64,000 nucleotides of DNA. Source: Candidatus Woesearchaeota archaeon. GTDB lineage: Archaea > Nanobdellota > Nanobdellia > Woesearchaeales > GCA-2686295. The notes beneath the pieces were generated by a model. That model was not told the DNA's origin. It worked only from the letters and a program-made list of their open reading frames with translations, and searched no databases. The stretch spans positions 556 through 64,555 of the forward strand of contig CALDOJ010000034.1 of the NCBI GenBank assembly GCA_937912225.1. Direction: 5' to 3'. This document shows positions 19,308-28,433 of this stretch, in pieces (within the stretch, counting starts at the first letter, position 1; the number at the start of each line of letters is the position of its first letter). The translations under genes and the position numbers were made by a program.

Positions 19308-19922
19308 ATGAGTTTAGGAAGGACAGGTTTTATTGGAAGATTCAAACCATTACATTTGGGAGCTGCTTTAGCACTTGAAACATTATGCCAACAATCAGAT
19401 CACGTAATTATTGGTATTGGCAGTTCTAATAAATATAATGCTCGAAGTCCTTTTACAGCCGAAGAATCTGAAGATATGATTAATGCTGTTTTAGCAGAAT
19501 ATTCTAATTATGAAATTGTTAAAATCCCTGATTTTGCTCAAGAAGCGAAATATAGCGATGGTAATAAATGGAAAAGTTATATGATTCAAGAATTTGGAAC
19601 GCTCGATCATTTCGTTTCAGGAAATACTTATGTTTCAGATTTATTGTCAACTCATTACGATGTTATTCATCCCGCTTCTTTAATTCCTCCAGATGAACAA
19701 ATTCCAATTAGAGCAACAGAAGTTAGAATTAAAATGGCTCAAAACACTGTTTGGCAATCATTAGTTCCTGAAATAGTTGTTGATTATTTAGAGAATAACA
19801 ATCTTGTTGAAAGGTTTAGAAATGAGTTTGGTTTAGAAACACTTACTCACTTAATCAACCATCCAGATTATCTTACTGATGAGAGTACTTTAGCAGAAAA
19901 ATTACATACAACGGAGACATAA
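19308..19922 (+). CDS. Archaeal-type (NadM-like) nicotinamide-nucleotide adenylyltransferase homolog. It carries HLGA in place of the canonical HxGH.
   Basis: GRFKPLHLGAA compared with the archaeal NMNAT consensus GRFQPFHxGH. IRATEVR is the ISxTxIR-like C-terminal motif. Its start follows 1 nt after the Nudix stop. Confidence 0.6.
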   Translation: MSLGRTGFIGRFKPLHLGAALALETLCQQSDHVIIGIGSSNKYNARSPFTAEESEDMINAVLAEYSNYEIVKIPDFAQEAKYSDGNKWKSYMIQEFGTLDHFVSGNTYVSDLLSTHYDVIHPASLIPPDEQIPIRATEVRIKMAQNTVWQSLVPEIVVDYLENNNLVERFRNEFGLETLTHLINHPDYLTDESTLAEKLHTTET

Positions 19923-19923
19923 A

Positions 19924-20694
19924 ATGAGTTTACTAGGTAATTATGAAATCATAAAAGAAATCGCCGAAGGAGGTTTTAGTAGAATATTCCAAGGCAGACA
20001 TACAATTCTTAACGAGTATGCTTGTCTTAAACAAAATAAAGAAGCAACAAAAGATGATGTTGCTTTACTAGAGCTTGAAGCTAAACTTTTATGGAACCTT
20101 TCAGAACATCATTCTATTCCTTCAACAAAAGATTTTTTCAGACTTGGAAAACATAATTGTGTTATGGTGATGGATTATATTGAAGGTAAAACTATCGATC
20201 AAACTATTCCAGATGGCTCCCAAATGCATCCTGAAGAAGCTTGTTGGATTACTGAGCGATTACTCGGAGCATTATATTATGTTCATTATAATGGTGTTAT
20301 TCATTCAGATATTAAACCTCAAAATGTAATTATCGAACCAAAAAAACACGATATTAAACTAATAGATTTTGGACTTGCAACATTCAAACCAACTAGTGGT
20401 TCTAGACCTGTTGGTTACACAGCACAATATGCTGCCCCCGAAGTTTTAGATATGAAACCACCAATTCCTGAAAGTGATTTATATGGTGCAGGCATCATCA
20501 TGTTATATGCGCTAGGTGGAGATATTCCAACAAAATCTTTTCCAAAAAATACTCCAAAACCAATAGTTGAATTTTGCAATCCATTACTCAGATATGATCC
20601 TAAAGATAGACCTAATTGGGATAAAATAAATTTAATTGAAGAGCTGTCAGACGTTAGATACGAGGTTTTCGGAAGAAGACATTGTTCTGAATAA
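19924..20694 (+). CDS. Ser/Thr protein kinase (Hanks-type)
   Basis: Gly-rich loop region (EGGFSRIFQG), catalytic loop HSDIKPQNVII, DFG (IDFGLA) and APE (YAAPEV). Confidence 0.85.
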   Translation: MSLLGNYEIIKEIAEGGFSRIFQGRHTILNEYACLKQNKEATKDDVALLELEAKLLWNLSEHHSIPSTKDFFRLGKHNCVMVMDYIEGKTIDQTIPDGSQMHPEEACWITERLLGALYYVHYNGVIHSDIKPQNVIIEPKKHDIKLIDFGLATFKPTSGSRPVGYTAQYAAPEVLDMKPPIPESDLYGAGIIMLYALGGDIPTKSFPKNTPKPIVEFCNPLLRYDPKDRPNWDKINLIEELSDVRYEVFGRRHCSE

Positions 20695-20760
20695 AAAACG
20701 TATGACTGAGATTTGAGCTAGCGATAGCTCTACAATAAAAAACTAGTAGGAGGAGATAAA

Positions 20761-21759
20761 ATGTACGGATGGGGTTCAGACACCACCAGTTGGAAAGGAC
20801 CTAAGAAATACGAGTATGATTCTGCAAGGAGTCCATACTTGGATAAATTAGGATCTTCTTCCAAAGCAAAAGGTCCGAGAAGTTATATGTCTCGAAGTTC
20901 ACCAGATATGGATTTGGTAAACCCTCGAGGCAAAAATATTACCAGCGATAGTGAAAACCCTATTATTTTAGGTGTTGATGTGACTGGTTCTATGGCTACT
21001 TGGCCGGCAGAGATTTTTGATAGGTTGCCATTGTTCTACCAAACACTTTCCCAGTATCGGAAAGATGTAGAAATTAGTTTTGCAGCCATCGGAGACGCAT
21101 ACTGCGATAGTTACCCAATACAAGTTACGGATTTCACAAAGGAACTGGACTTGGAAAAAAAGCTAAATGCTTTATGCCCTGAAGGAGGCGGCGGAGGACA
21201 AGTTAGCGAGACTTACGAATTATTTGGACATTTTCTGTTAAATCATTGTGAGACTCCAAATGCTAAAACTCCATTCTTATTTTTATTTGGAGATGAAAAG
21301 TTCTACGACACCGTGAATCCAGATCAAATAGAACATTATATTGGTGATAAAGTGCAATCTGCACCTAATTCTAATGAGGTTTGGAAAGGGCTAATGCAAA
21401 AGTTCAATGTTTACTTGTTACATAAACCATACGGTTATGGTGATAGTTCAAGTGTTGACAAAGAAGTAGTTGATCATTGGGCTAAAGCAATTGGTAGACA
21501 ACGAATAATTGAGCTTCCTAGCAAGGAAAGAGCTGTTGATATTGCAATGGGAATTGTTGCAAAGCACTGGGGTAAATTCTCTGATTTTGGAGATAACTTG
21601 AGTGCAAGACAAGATTCTAGTTCTTCAGCTCCAGTGTATGATTCATTGAGGATGATAGATGACCCTTCAACGTCAAATCATTCTGTAGTGACGAGAAAAG
21701 CTAGTGGAGACAAAACTACATCATTAAGCGAAATGTTTGATGATGCTAAAAAACCATGA
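20761..21759 (+). CDS. vWA-domain protein
   Basis: MIDAS DVTGSM, a second MIDAS element (GGGGGQVSETY), and FLFGDE. The C-terminus is Ser-rich. Strong RBS (aggagg). Confidence 0.7.
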   Translation: MYGWGSDTTSWKGPKKYEYDSARSPYLDKLGSSSKAKGPRSYMSRSSPDMDLVNPRGKNITSDSENPIILGVDVTGSMATWPAEIFDRLPLFYQTLSQYRKDVEISFAAIGDAYCDSYPIQVTDFTKELDLEKKLNALCPEGGGGGQVSETYELFGHFLLNHCETPNAKTPFLFLFGDEKFYDTVNPDQIEHYIGDKVQSAPNSNEVWKGLMQKFNVYLLHKPYGYGDSSSVDKEVVDHWAKAIGRQRIIELPSKERAVDIAMGIVAKHWGKFSDFGDNLSARQDSSSSAPVYDSLRMIDDPSTSNHSVVTRKASGDKTTSLSEMFDDAKKP

Positions 21760-21825
21760 AGATGTTCAAAAAAATATTTTCAGGGTGCCAGAAAAATAAA
21801 GTTTTTCTGAGCATAAGTGAGGTAA

Positions 21826-22188
21826 ATGAAAATGGGAGATGAAATTGCAGATAGGGTTGCAGAAGCAAATTATTCCATAGTTACAACTACTAGAGCCAAA
21901 TATTTTGGAGAAGTAGTGCCTAATGGTGGAAAAGGAATAACTATAAATTCTGCGTATGAAGTGCAAGGTGAAAAAGAACCGCAGGCAGTTGCAATGGGTT
22001 TTATTAGAGGCAAACTCTATGGCGAAAACAAGAAAATCGAATTATCGGATGCTCTTGTTGAGTCCGTAACAGATGCTTTAGATGAGACTCGAATTTTGAA
22101 GACTTATGAAGCATTGCTACCTGAAGCAGAGAAACGAGCTCTTGGAATTATGACTTTCAAAGCGCTTGAAGACTTGCTTTCGAAATAA
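21826..22188 (+). CDS. Hypothetical protein (120 aa)
   Basis: ORF preceded by RBS gaggtaaatg. No family recognised. Confidence 0.45.
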   Translation: MKMGDEIADRVAEANYSIVTTTRAKYFGEVVPNGGKGITINSAYEVQGEKEPQAVAMGFIRGKLYGENKKIELSDALVESVTDALDETRILKTYEALLPEAEKRALGIMTFKALEDLLSK

Positions 22189-22226
22189 TTTTTTGAGGGG
22201 CTTTTCGCCCTTCTTTTTATTTTAAA

Positions 22227-23207
22227 ATGAAACTGAACATATTTAAAAAGGAAAACAAAGGTGAACTAAAAATGAAACATATAACAACAAAGATTTTAAC
22301 TAAACCTAAAGCAATAGTTACAATACCTCCATACGCTCCTTTCATCCACGAAGTATTACAGCACGAAGCTGTTTCTGGAATTAGATTAAATACTGTTATG
22401 CCAATTACTGAACCTTTAGAAGATGTTGTTGATAGATTAAATTCTGAAGCTTTAAGATATGGTAAAGAATTATGGGTTGATTTAAAATGTCGACAGTTAA
22501 GAGTTAAAACTTATGGCGTCCCCCCATTTACAGAAATCGAACTAACTCACAATATTAATGTTCGAACTCCTATTACCGCTTATTTTTCTGATGGTAAAGA
22601 ATCTGCCACTGTTTTAAGAGTTGATAAGAATCGATTAATAATGCAAGAAGGTCCTGGTAGAGTTGTTGGGCCTGGCGAATCAGTTAATATTCCTGATTAC
22701 TCTTTGCGTATTGAAGGTTTCTTTACGAATACTGATAAAGCCTATATTGAAGCTGGCAAACAAATTGGTTTTCATAATTATATGCTTTCATTTATTGAAG
22801 ATAAAAATGATAAATCTGAACTGTTAAAGCTTGACCCTAAGGCAATAATCGTTGAAAAAATTGAATCATTGAGAGGAATGGATTATGTTGTTAATGATTG
22901 GGATGGCTCAACAAATTTAATGACTGCAAGAGGAGATTTATATTTAGAATTAAAAATGCCTCATAAAATTGTTCAAGCTCAAGAAACCGTTATTAAAAAA
23001 AATCCTGCTGCGATTGTTGCATCAAGAATATTTAGTTCACTTGCTTATAATCTTGAACCTAGTTGTGAAGATATTGGCGATGTTGAAAACTTGTTAAGAA
23101 CAGGTTACAAAACTTTGATGTTTGGCGACGATATTTGTATGAAGCGAGAATCAATTATTAGTGGTTTAAATTTGTTTGAAACTATGAGTCGGAGGTATGA
23201 GAGATAA
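22227..23207 (+). CDS. Hypothetical protein (326 aa)
   Basis: Long ORF in an operon context. The N-terminal KAIVTIPP...GIRLN...VDLKCRQLR very weakly resembles the N-terminal strand of a PK/HpcH-type TIM barrel. Not assignable. Confidence 0.5.
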   Translation: MKLNIFKKENKGELKMKHITTKILTKPKAIVTIPPYAPFIHEVLQHEAVSGIRLNTVMPITEPLEDVVDRLNSEALRYGKELWVDLKCRQLRVKTYGVPPFTEIELTHNINVRTPITAYFSDGKESATVLRVDKNRLIMQEGPGRVVGPGESVNIPDYSLRIEGFFTNTDKAYIEAGKQIGFHNYMLSFIEDKNDKSELLKLDPKAIIVEKIESLRGMDYVVNDWDGSTNLMTARGDLYLELKMPHKIVQAQETVIKKNPAAIVASRIFSSLAYNLEPSCEDIGDVENLLRTGYKTLMFGDDICMKRESIISGLNLFETMSRRYER

Positions 23208-23209
23208 AA

Positions 23210-24268
23210 ATGGTTTACAAAAAAGATCAATACATCGGAACTTTACTTGGTTGTGCTATTGGAGATTCTCTTGGCATGCCTGTAGAGACTTGGAAGCCTG
23301 AACAAATTCGAAAGTATCATGGTAGAATTGAACGTCTTGTTGCACCAATCCCTCCCACTGATAAAGATGGTAAAGTTGTTTCTAAAGATGAGTATGGGAA
23401 GATTCGTCCAATTAGAGATTTTAAGAAAGGAGAATACACTGATGATACTATCCTAACTCTTGCTTTAGCCGAATCAATTATTGAAATGAAAGGTTTAGAT
23501 TTAAATCATATTGCAAAAACTCAATTAGAAGCTTTTCAAGCTAGAAGACAAAATGGCGGTTTTGGTTGGACTACTAAGACTGCTTTTGAAAAATTAGAAC
23601 AAAGTGAAAGTCCTTTAACAACTGGTTTACATGAAGGAATTGGTAATGCTCCTCCTATGAAAATGTCTCCAATTGGTTTGTACATGGATTCAACTGGTGA
23701 TGTTGATGGAGGCATTGAATATGCAAGACGAATTTCAGAAATGAGCCATCTTGATCCACGAGCAGTTGCTGCAGGTATTTTGCAAGCACGAATGATCTAT
23801 GAATTACTACAAGATAATTATACATCTCAATATAGCGATAAATTTATGGAGAAAATCATGAATCAAGTTAAAGAACATGAATTAAAATTAACTAGCAAAA
23901 ATAGTTTTATTGAAGAAGGAAGACTTCAAGATAAATTACAATGGATTAATTCTCATAAATATGCGCCCGATGCTGAAGCTTATGAAATTCTTGGTAATTC
24001 TAGTAAATCTCACGAATCTTATCCTTTCACAATTTTCATGTTTCAAAAGTATTGGAACGAACCAATAACCGGGTTGTTAGAAACTATTAATTACGGAGGA
24101 GATTGTGATACAACTGGTGCAATGTTTGGAGCTCTTGCTGGTGCAAAGCATGGAATGTTTTTCTCCAAAGATTGGATTCGTGATTTAAAAGATTCGGATA
24201 CAATTATTGAAGTGGCAGACAAATTTTACAACACAAAATTATATAAAGTTTTGAGGTTTCCAAAATGA
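23210..24268 (+). CDS. ADP-ribosylglycohydrolase family protein (ARH/DraG-like)
   Basis: N-terminal signature LGCAIGDSLGMPVE and C-terminal GGDCDTTGAMFGALAGAKHG. These are the two metal-binding motifs of the ARH family. Confidence 0.85.
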   Translation: MVYKKDQYIGTLLGCAIGDSLGMPVETWKPEQIRKYHGRIERLVAPIPPTDKDGKVVSKDEYGKIRPIRDFKKGEYTDDTILTLALAESIIEMKGLDLNHIAKTQLEAFQARRQNGGFGWTTKTAFEKLEQSESPLTTGLHEGIGNAPPMKMSPIGLYMDSTGDVDGGIEYARRISEMSHLDPRAVAAGILQARMIYELLQDNYTSQYSDKFMEKIMNQVKEHELKLTSKNSFIEEGRLQDKLQWINSHKYAPDAEAYEILGNSSKSHESYPFTIFMFQKYWNEPITGLLETINYGGDCDTTGAMFGALAGAKHGMFFSKDWIRDLKDSDTIIEVADKFYNTKLYKVLRFPK

Positions 24269-25278
24269 TGCCTATGAATAATAACAGCAGAATTCTGATC
24301 ATATCAAAAACTACTGAATTAGAAGCATATGAAATGATACATGGTGCAACTGTAGAAGAATATCTTGAAAGAACTAATAAAAACATTTTAGATCTTGAAC
24401 GAAGAAGAGATAGACATAATGAAAGTTTAGAAATGATTAGAGATGCTTTTGAAAGCAGAGGCGTAAGACCCGCAGTTTTTAGAAATCAAAGTATTACTAA
24501 AAGAGATTTACAACAAGACTGGGATTTCATTATACCTGTTGGTGGTGATGGAACTTACATGGACGCTGCAAGATATATTCTTGATGATACACCTTTATTT
24601 GGAATTAAATCAAATCCTTATTCTGCAGGAGGACATTATAACACTCATTTTTCAAATGCAGAAGAACATATTGCAAGATTATTTTCTGGCGATTTTAGTT
24701 TGGAACAAAGAACGCGTATTGAAGGTCGAGTAAAAAATGGTTATAACATTGTTGATTTAGCTTTAAACGAAATCATGGTGGGCGATAAAAATACTGCTGG
24801 TTTTGCAAAAGCAGACATACATATTAATGGCGAAGTTTATAGGACTGGTTCTTCAGGTGTTGTTGTTGCAACCTATAAAGGTTCTACTGGGTGGGCATAT
24901 AAAATACCAATCATAGAAGCAGATAATGAGCGACTTAATCCTATCAAAGAAGCTTTAAGAACTGCAGGATTAGAAGACGAAGCTAATAAAATTAGAATTG
25001 TTTCTGAAGATGCAGAATTTAAAGATGGAGAAGAAAATATTATAAGATATAAAGTTCGCGAAACAGGTCATGAAGGCTCAGGCATCGGTCATGATTATGG
25101 AATTTTAAAACCAGGAGAAGAAATGACAATTGTTTCTAAAATGTTTTCAGGCGGTAGTGCTATTTTTGACGGAAATAAAGAAACCATGTCAAGACACAGA
25201 GTTTATGACTTGCCTCTAAGTTCTGAAATAAAAATAAGAATTTCTGATAAACCATTATATGTTGTGCAGTTTGATTAG
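24265..25278 (+). CDS. NAD kinase homolog with a ~90-aa N-terminal extension
   Basis: GGDGT (IIPVGGDGTYMDAARY), NE motif (ALNEIMVGDK) and ATYKGSTGWAY, which resembles the TPTGSTAY substrate loop. Its start overlaps the ARH stop (ATGA). Confidence 0.75.
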   Translation: MMPMNNNSRILIISKTTELEAYEMIHGATVEEYLERTNKNILDLERRRDRHNESLEMIRDAFESRGVRPAVFRNQSITKRDLQQDWDFIIPVGGDGTYMDAARYILDDTPLFGIKSNPYSAGGHYNTHFSNAEEHIARLFSGDFSLEQRTRIEGRVKNGYNIVDLALNEIMVGDKNTAGFAKADIHINGEVYRTGSSGVVVATYKGSTGWAYKIPIIEADNERLNPIKEALRTAGLEDEANKIRIVSEDAEFKDGEENIIRYKVRETGHEGSGIGHDYGILKPGEEMTIVSKMFSGGSAIFDGNKETMSRHRVYDLPLSSEIKIRISDKPLYVVQFD

Positions 25279-25292
25279 AAAATAACACTAGC

Positions 25293-26678
25293 TCATTTTA
25301 GAATTGTAAAATCAATATCTGCTTTTTCACAAAAGTCGTGGTGGTTTTTATATAACCAAGTATTAACATTATTATTCTGTTGATTATTAAATAAAATATT
25401 AGAAGTAACTTCTCTTAGCATATCAACTTTTTCTTGGTCGTCTGCGTTTTCAAATTGACTTATGAATTTTGTTGTACTATGATAATTTCTTAATGATTCG
25501 TTCCAAGATAATCTTGGCTGTAATTCATGTATAATTGCATCATCAGTTGATGGATAAACCATGAACTCTGCTAGTTCAGGACTTAAATTTGCAACATATT
25601 GTCTTCTTACATCTGAATTAAGAACTCTTTCAAAATAATTTTTTGATTTGTCTAAGTTGTTTAATAAAGTTTTAAACTCCAGATGATTGCCATTATTAGA
25701 ATCTGCTCCTGCTCTAACTGCTGTTTCATATAATTCATTTAAATTCTTTATTCTTCGTTCTAGAATTGAAGGACTTGCATCATAAAATCCTAAATCGACA
25801 AGTTCGATTAAAGTTTTTTGATGTTCGTTCCCATTAAGAACTTCAAGCTCTTTAGGACTTGCATCAACAAATGGATTCATTCCGAAATAAACAACTGCGT
25901 TCTTTGCTTTTTTTGTTGAATATAAATAAAATAAAGTACTATCTTCAGTTCTTATAACACAAGAATTTGTTGAAGCTGAAAACACTTTTGTATCTGGAAC
26001 TTCATACCTTGATAATGAACCAAGCTTTTTTCGTAGTTTCATTGCTTTAGTTGCTAAATCACTAATTTTACTCGGGTTTAATAACGCATTTTTAGGATTG
26101 GATTTTAATTGTTCTAATAACTCAGTAATTTCTAAGAATTTATCAACTGTTCCTAAAGGAGTGTCTAAGACCATTGATAAATCATAAGCTCCTGTTTTAA
26201 ATTTTTCAGGAAATAAATGTGCTTCAGTTAAATCAAGATTTCCTCTTTTACTAGTAACTGTTCCAACTAAACCTTCATGGATTCCAAAATCTCTAATTAA
26301 TGTTTCACCGCTAGTATAAACATTTTCTATTAAAGGATTTAAATATGATCGAGTACTTGAAATGTGATCTGACATTAACTGTCGTAAAGATAAAAAAATA
26401 ACTTTATTTTCTTTATCAGAATAATCAAATCCGCCTGAAATATCAATTGCTTTTGGCAAATTAGCATCAACTTTTACGTCTAAAATATCTGCTAAATGTT
26501 GTTTCTCATCTCCTTTAACAGAATAAAGAGAAGGCAGTTTTACTGTTAAAGATTTCTGTGGTAATAATGATGAGAATTCTAAAAAATCTTGCTCTAGCTG
26601 ATTAGTATGCATTCCATCGCTGCCTTCAGCTATGGTTTTTAATCGCTGTAATCGCATAAGATCTTTTAATCCTTTCAT
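25293..26678 (-). CDS. Hypothetical protein (461 aa). Last gene of the minus-strand supercluster.
   Basis: Long non-repetitive ORF with a 10-nt gap to the upstream gene. No recognisable family. Confidence 0.6.
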   Translation of the reverse strand: MKGLKDLMRLQRLKTIAEGSDGMHTNQLEQDFLEFSSLLPQKSLTVKLPSLYSVKGDEKQHLADILDVKVDANLPKAIDISGGFDYSDKENKVIFLSLRQLMSDHISSTRSYLNPLIENVYTSGETLIRDFGIHEGLVGTVTSKRGNLDLTEAHLFPEKFKTGAYDLSMVLDTPLGTVDKFLEITELLEQLKSNPKNALLNPSKISDLATKAMKLRKKLGSLSRYEVPDTKVFSASTNSCVIRTEDSTLFYLYSTKKAKNAVVYFGMNPFVDASPKELEVLNGNEHQKTLIELVDLGFYDASPSILERRIKNLNELYETAVRAGADSNNGNHLEFKTLLNNLDKSKNYFERVLNSDVRRQYVANLSPELAEFMVYPSTDDAIIHELQPRLSWNESLRNYHSTTKFISQFENADDQEKVDMLREVTSNILFNNQQNNNVNTWLYKNHHDFCEKADIDFTILK

Positions 26679-26688
26679 GTTTATCTAC

Positions 26689-28431
26689 CTATTTTGATCT
26701 TTTTCCATCTTTTTCAAGATTTTTCAAGAATCTTGTACTAGCATCATTAATTCTTGCTTCTTGAGATGCAGCAGTGATTTCAGTTCTTGTTTGAATATAA
26801 TCATCAAATTTTCCAAGAACAATCTTATAAGTTATATTTTTCAATTGTTCATTTCGATAAGCCATATGTTTATCAAAAGTTGCACCTATTAAAGTATCTG
26901 GAAGATCATAATCACTTCCTAATGATCTTAATACGTGACCAACTTCACGATTGCTTAAAGGAGAATCTAATATGTATTGTCCTATCTCAGCCCATTGTTT
27001 ATCTTTAATTGGAATTTCATCACTTCCTTTAGTAATTGTTCTTCGTGCTAATTCTGCAAAGTCAGTCGGGTCATCAAATCTTTTCATTTCAACAATTTCA
27101 TCAAATAATCTGCTTTGAGTAGCATCATCAATTCCTTCAATATAATTAGCATCCATGATTGACATGAACTTTCCGTTTTTTGGAATCATAGTTCCATCAA
27201 ACATTTTAAAGTAAATTCCTAAAGTGTTCTTCTGTTCAGCTGATAAATTAGGGTCATTTCTTGACTGAAAAATTGTATCTGCATCAGCCACATACATAAC
27301 AACTGCTCCAGGGAATGCTTTAATTTGTTCGCCTAATGCAGCCAATTTATTAGATGTTTGATTTTGATAATGAGATGCGTAATCAGTAATACTGTGTGTC
27401 ATAACCCATAAAGGTAAATTATTTTGTCTACAAAGATCTGCAAAAGACCTTAAGTAACCATGAGAAATAAAAGTTTTCCCACTTCCAGGTCCACCAAATG
27501 TGAATATTGTAGATGCTGGTTTATGAGGATTCATTTGTTTTTCTTGGTCATATGCAGATAATTTTTTCATATTCTCCCAAATAACAGATCCTAATTTTGG
27601 AGAACCGTCAAGATAAGTTCCCTCCCCACCTATTACATCTTCTTTTGTTATTGGCATAATTTTATCATCAATAACTACTTGATTGAACTTTCGACTAAAA
27701 TCGTCTTTTGTTATTGAAAAATTACCATATCGAAGTTTTAAATCACTAACTTTATTTTTAGCAGCTATATCTTCAAAAGATTCCCAACTAAACTGATTTA
27801 CCCACGAAGTAAATACTGCTTGTAATGTGTTTTTTAAATTGTCATCAGTTACTTCTTTTCCTTTATTCTGTTGTTGAGTAATAACTCTTGTCAAATCTTC
27901 TGTTGTCATAGTTGTTAATACAGAAGTTAAAGCATCTCGTTCTTTACTCGTTTCATATCTTGTTCCAAAAGCAAAAGTTTTGTCTATATCTGCTTTGTTT
28001 GTTCCTAATAATGCTAATCCAACATGACCAGCAAAGTTTAAAGCATATCTATTTGAAAAAAGTATTGCATCACTTGTTTGTTTTTCTAATTCATAAGTTG
28101 CTTTAGAAGCACTTTTAGATTGTGTTTCTCTAGCTTCAACAAATCCTTTTTGCGAATCTAATCTTCTTTCAAGTGTTATAACATCCATATCTTTTCTTAA
28201 TTCTAAAGCCGCAGCTCTAAAAACACCAACTGATTTTTCAAATACTTCTAAATAATTTATTTGATCAACAGTGTTTCTTGTACCATTTGATAAAGAGTCG
28301 ACAACTAAAGAATAAAGAGTATTTTCTTTTAGTAATCTTTGAGCAGGTTTTCTAACTCCACTAATTAATTCTTTAACATGATCTTGTTCCGAGATAATTT
28401 TTTCATTTAAATCAATTTCATTATTACTCAT
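26689..28431 (-). CDS. Protein with a C-terminal classical AAA ATPase domain and a novel ~270-aa N-terminal region
   Basis: Walker A FTFGGPGSGKTF, Walker B VVMYVADAD, and IMDANYIEGIDDATQSRLFDEI, which resembles the sensor-1/Arg-finger region of classical AAA proteins. Confidence 0.7.
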   Translation of the reverse strand: MSNNEIDLNEKIISEQDHVKELISGVRKPAQRLLKENTLYSLVVDSLSNGTRNTVDQINYLEVFEKSVGVFRAAALELRKDMDVITLERRLDSQKGFVEARETQSKSASKATYELEKQTSDAILFSNRYALNFAGHVGLALLGTNKADIDKTFAFGTRYETSKERDALTSVLTTMTTEDLTRVITQQQNKGKEVTDDNLKNTLQAVFTSWVNQFSWESFEDIAAKNKVSDLKLRYGNFSITKDDFSRKFNQVVIDDKIMPITKEDVIGGEGTYLDGSPKLGSVIWENMKKLSAYDQEKQMNPHKPASTIFTFGGPGSGKTFISHGYLRSFADLCRQNNLPLWVMTHSITDYASHYQNQTSNKLAALGEQIKAFPGAVVMYVADADTIFQSRNDPNLSAEQKNTLGIYFKMFDGTMIPKNGKFMSIMDANYIEGIDDATQSRLFDEIVEMKRFDDPTDFAELARRTITKGSDEIPIKDKQWAEIGQYILDSPLSNREVGHVLRSLGSDYDLPDTLIGATFDKHMAYRNEQLKNITYKIVLGKFDDYIQTRTEITAASQEARINDASTRFLKNLEKDGKRSK

Positions 28432-28433
28432 TT

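Noticed and set aside
22227-23207. Assigning the 326-aa protein to the pyruvate kinase/HpcH-type TIM-barrel family
   Set aside because: Only a weak N-terminal pattern resemblance was seen (IVxTIxP...G.RLN, VDLK). Catalytic motifs were not identified, so it is kept as hypothetical.
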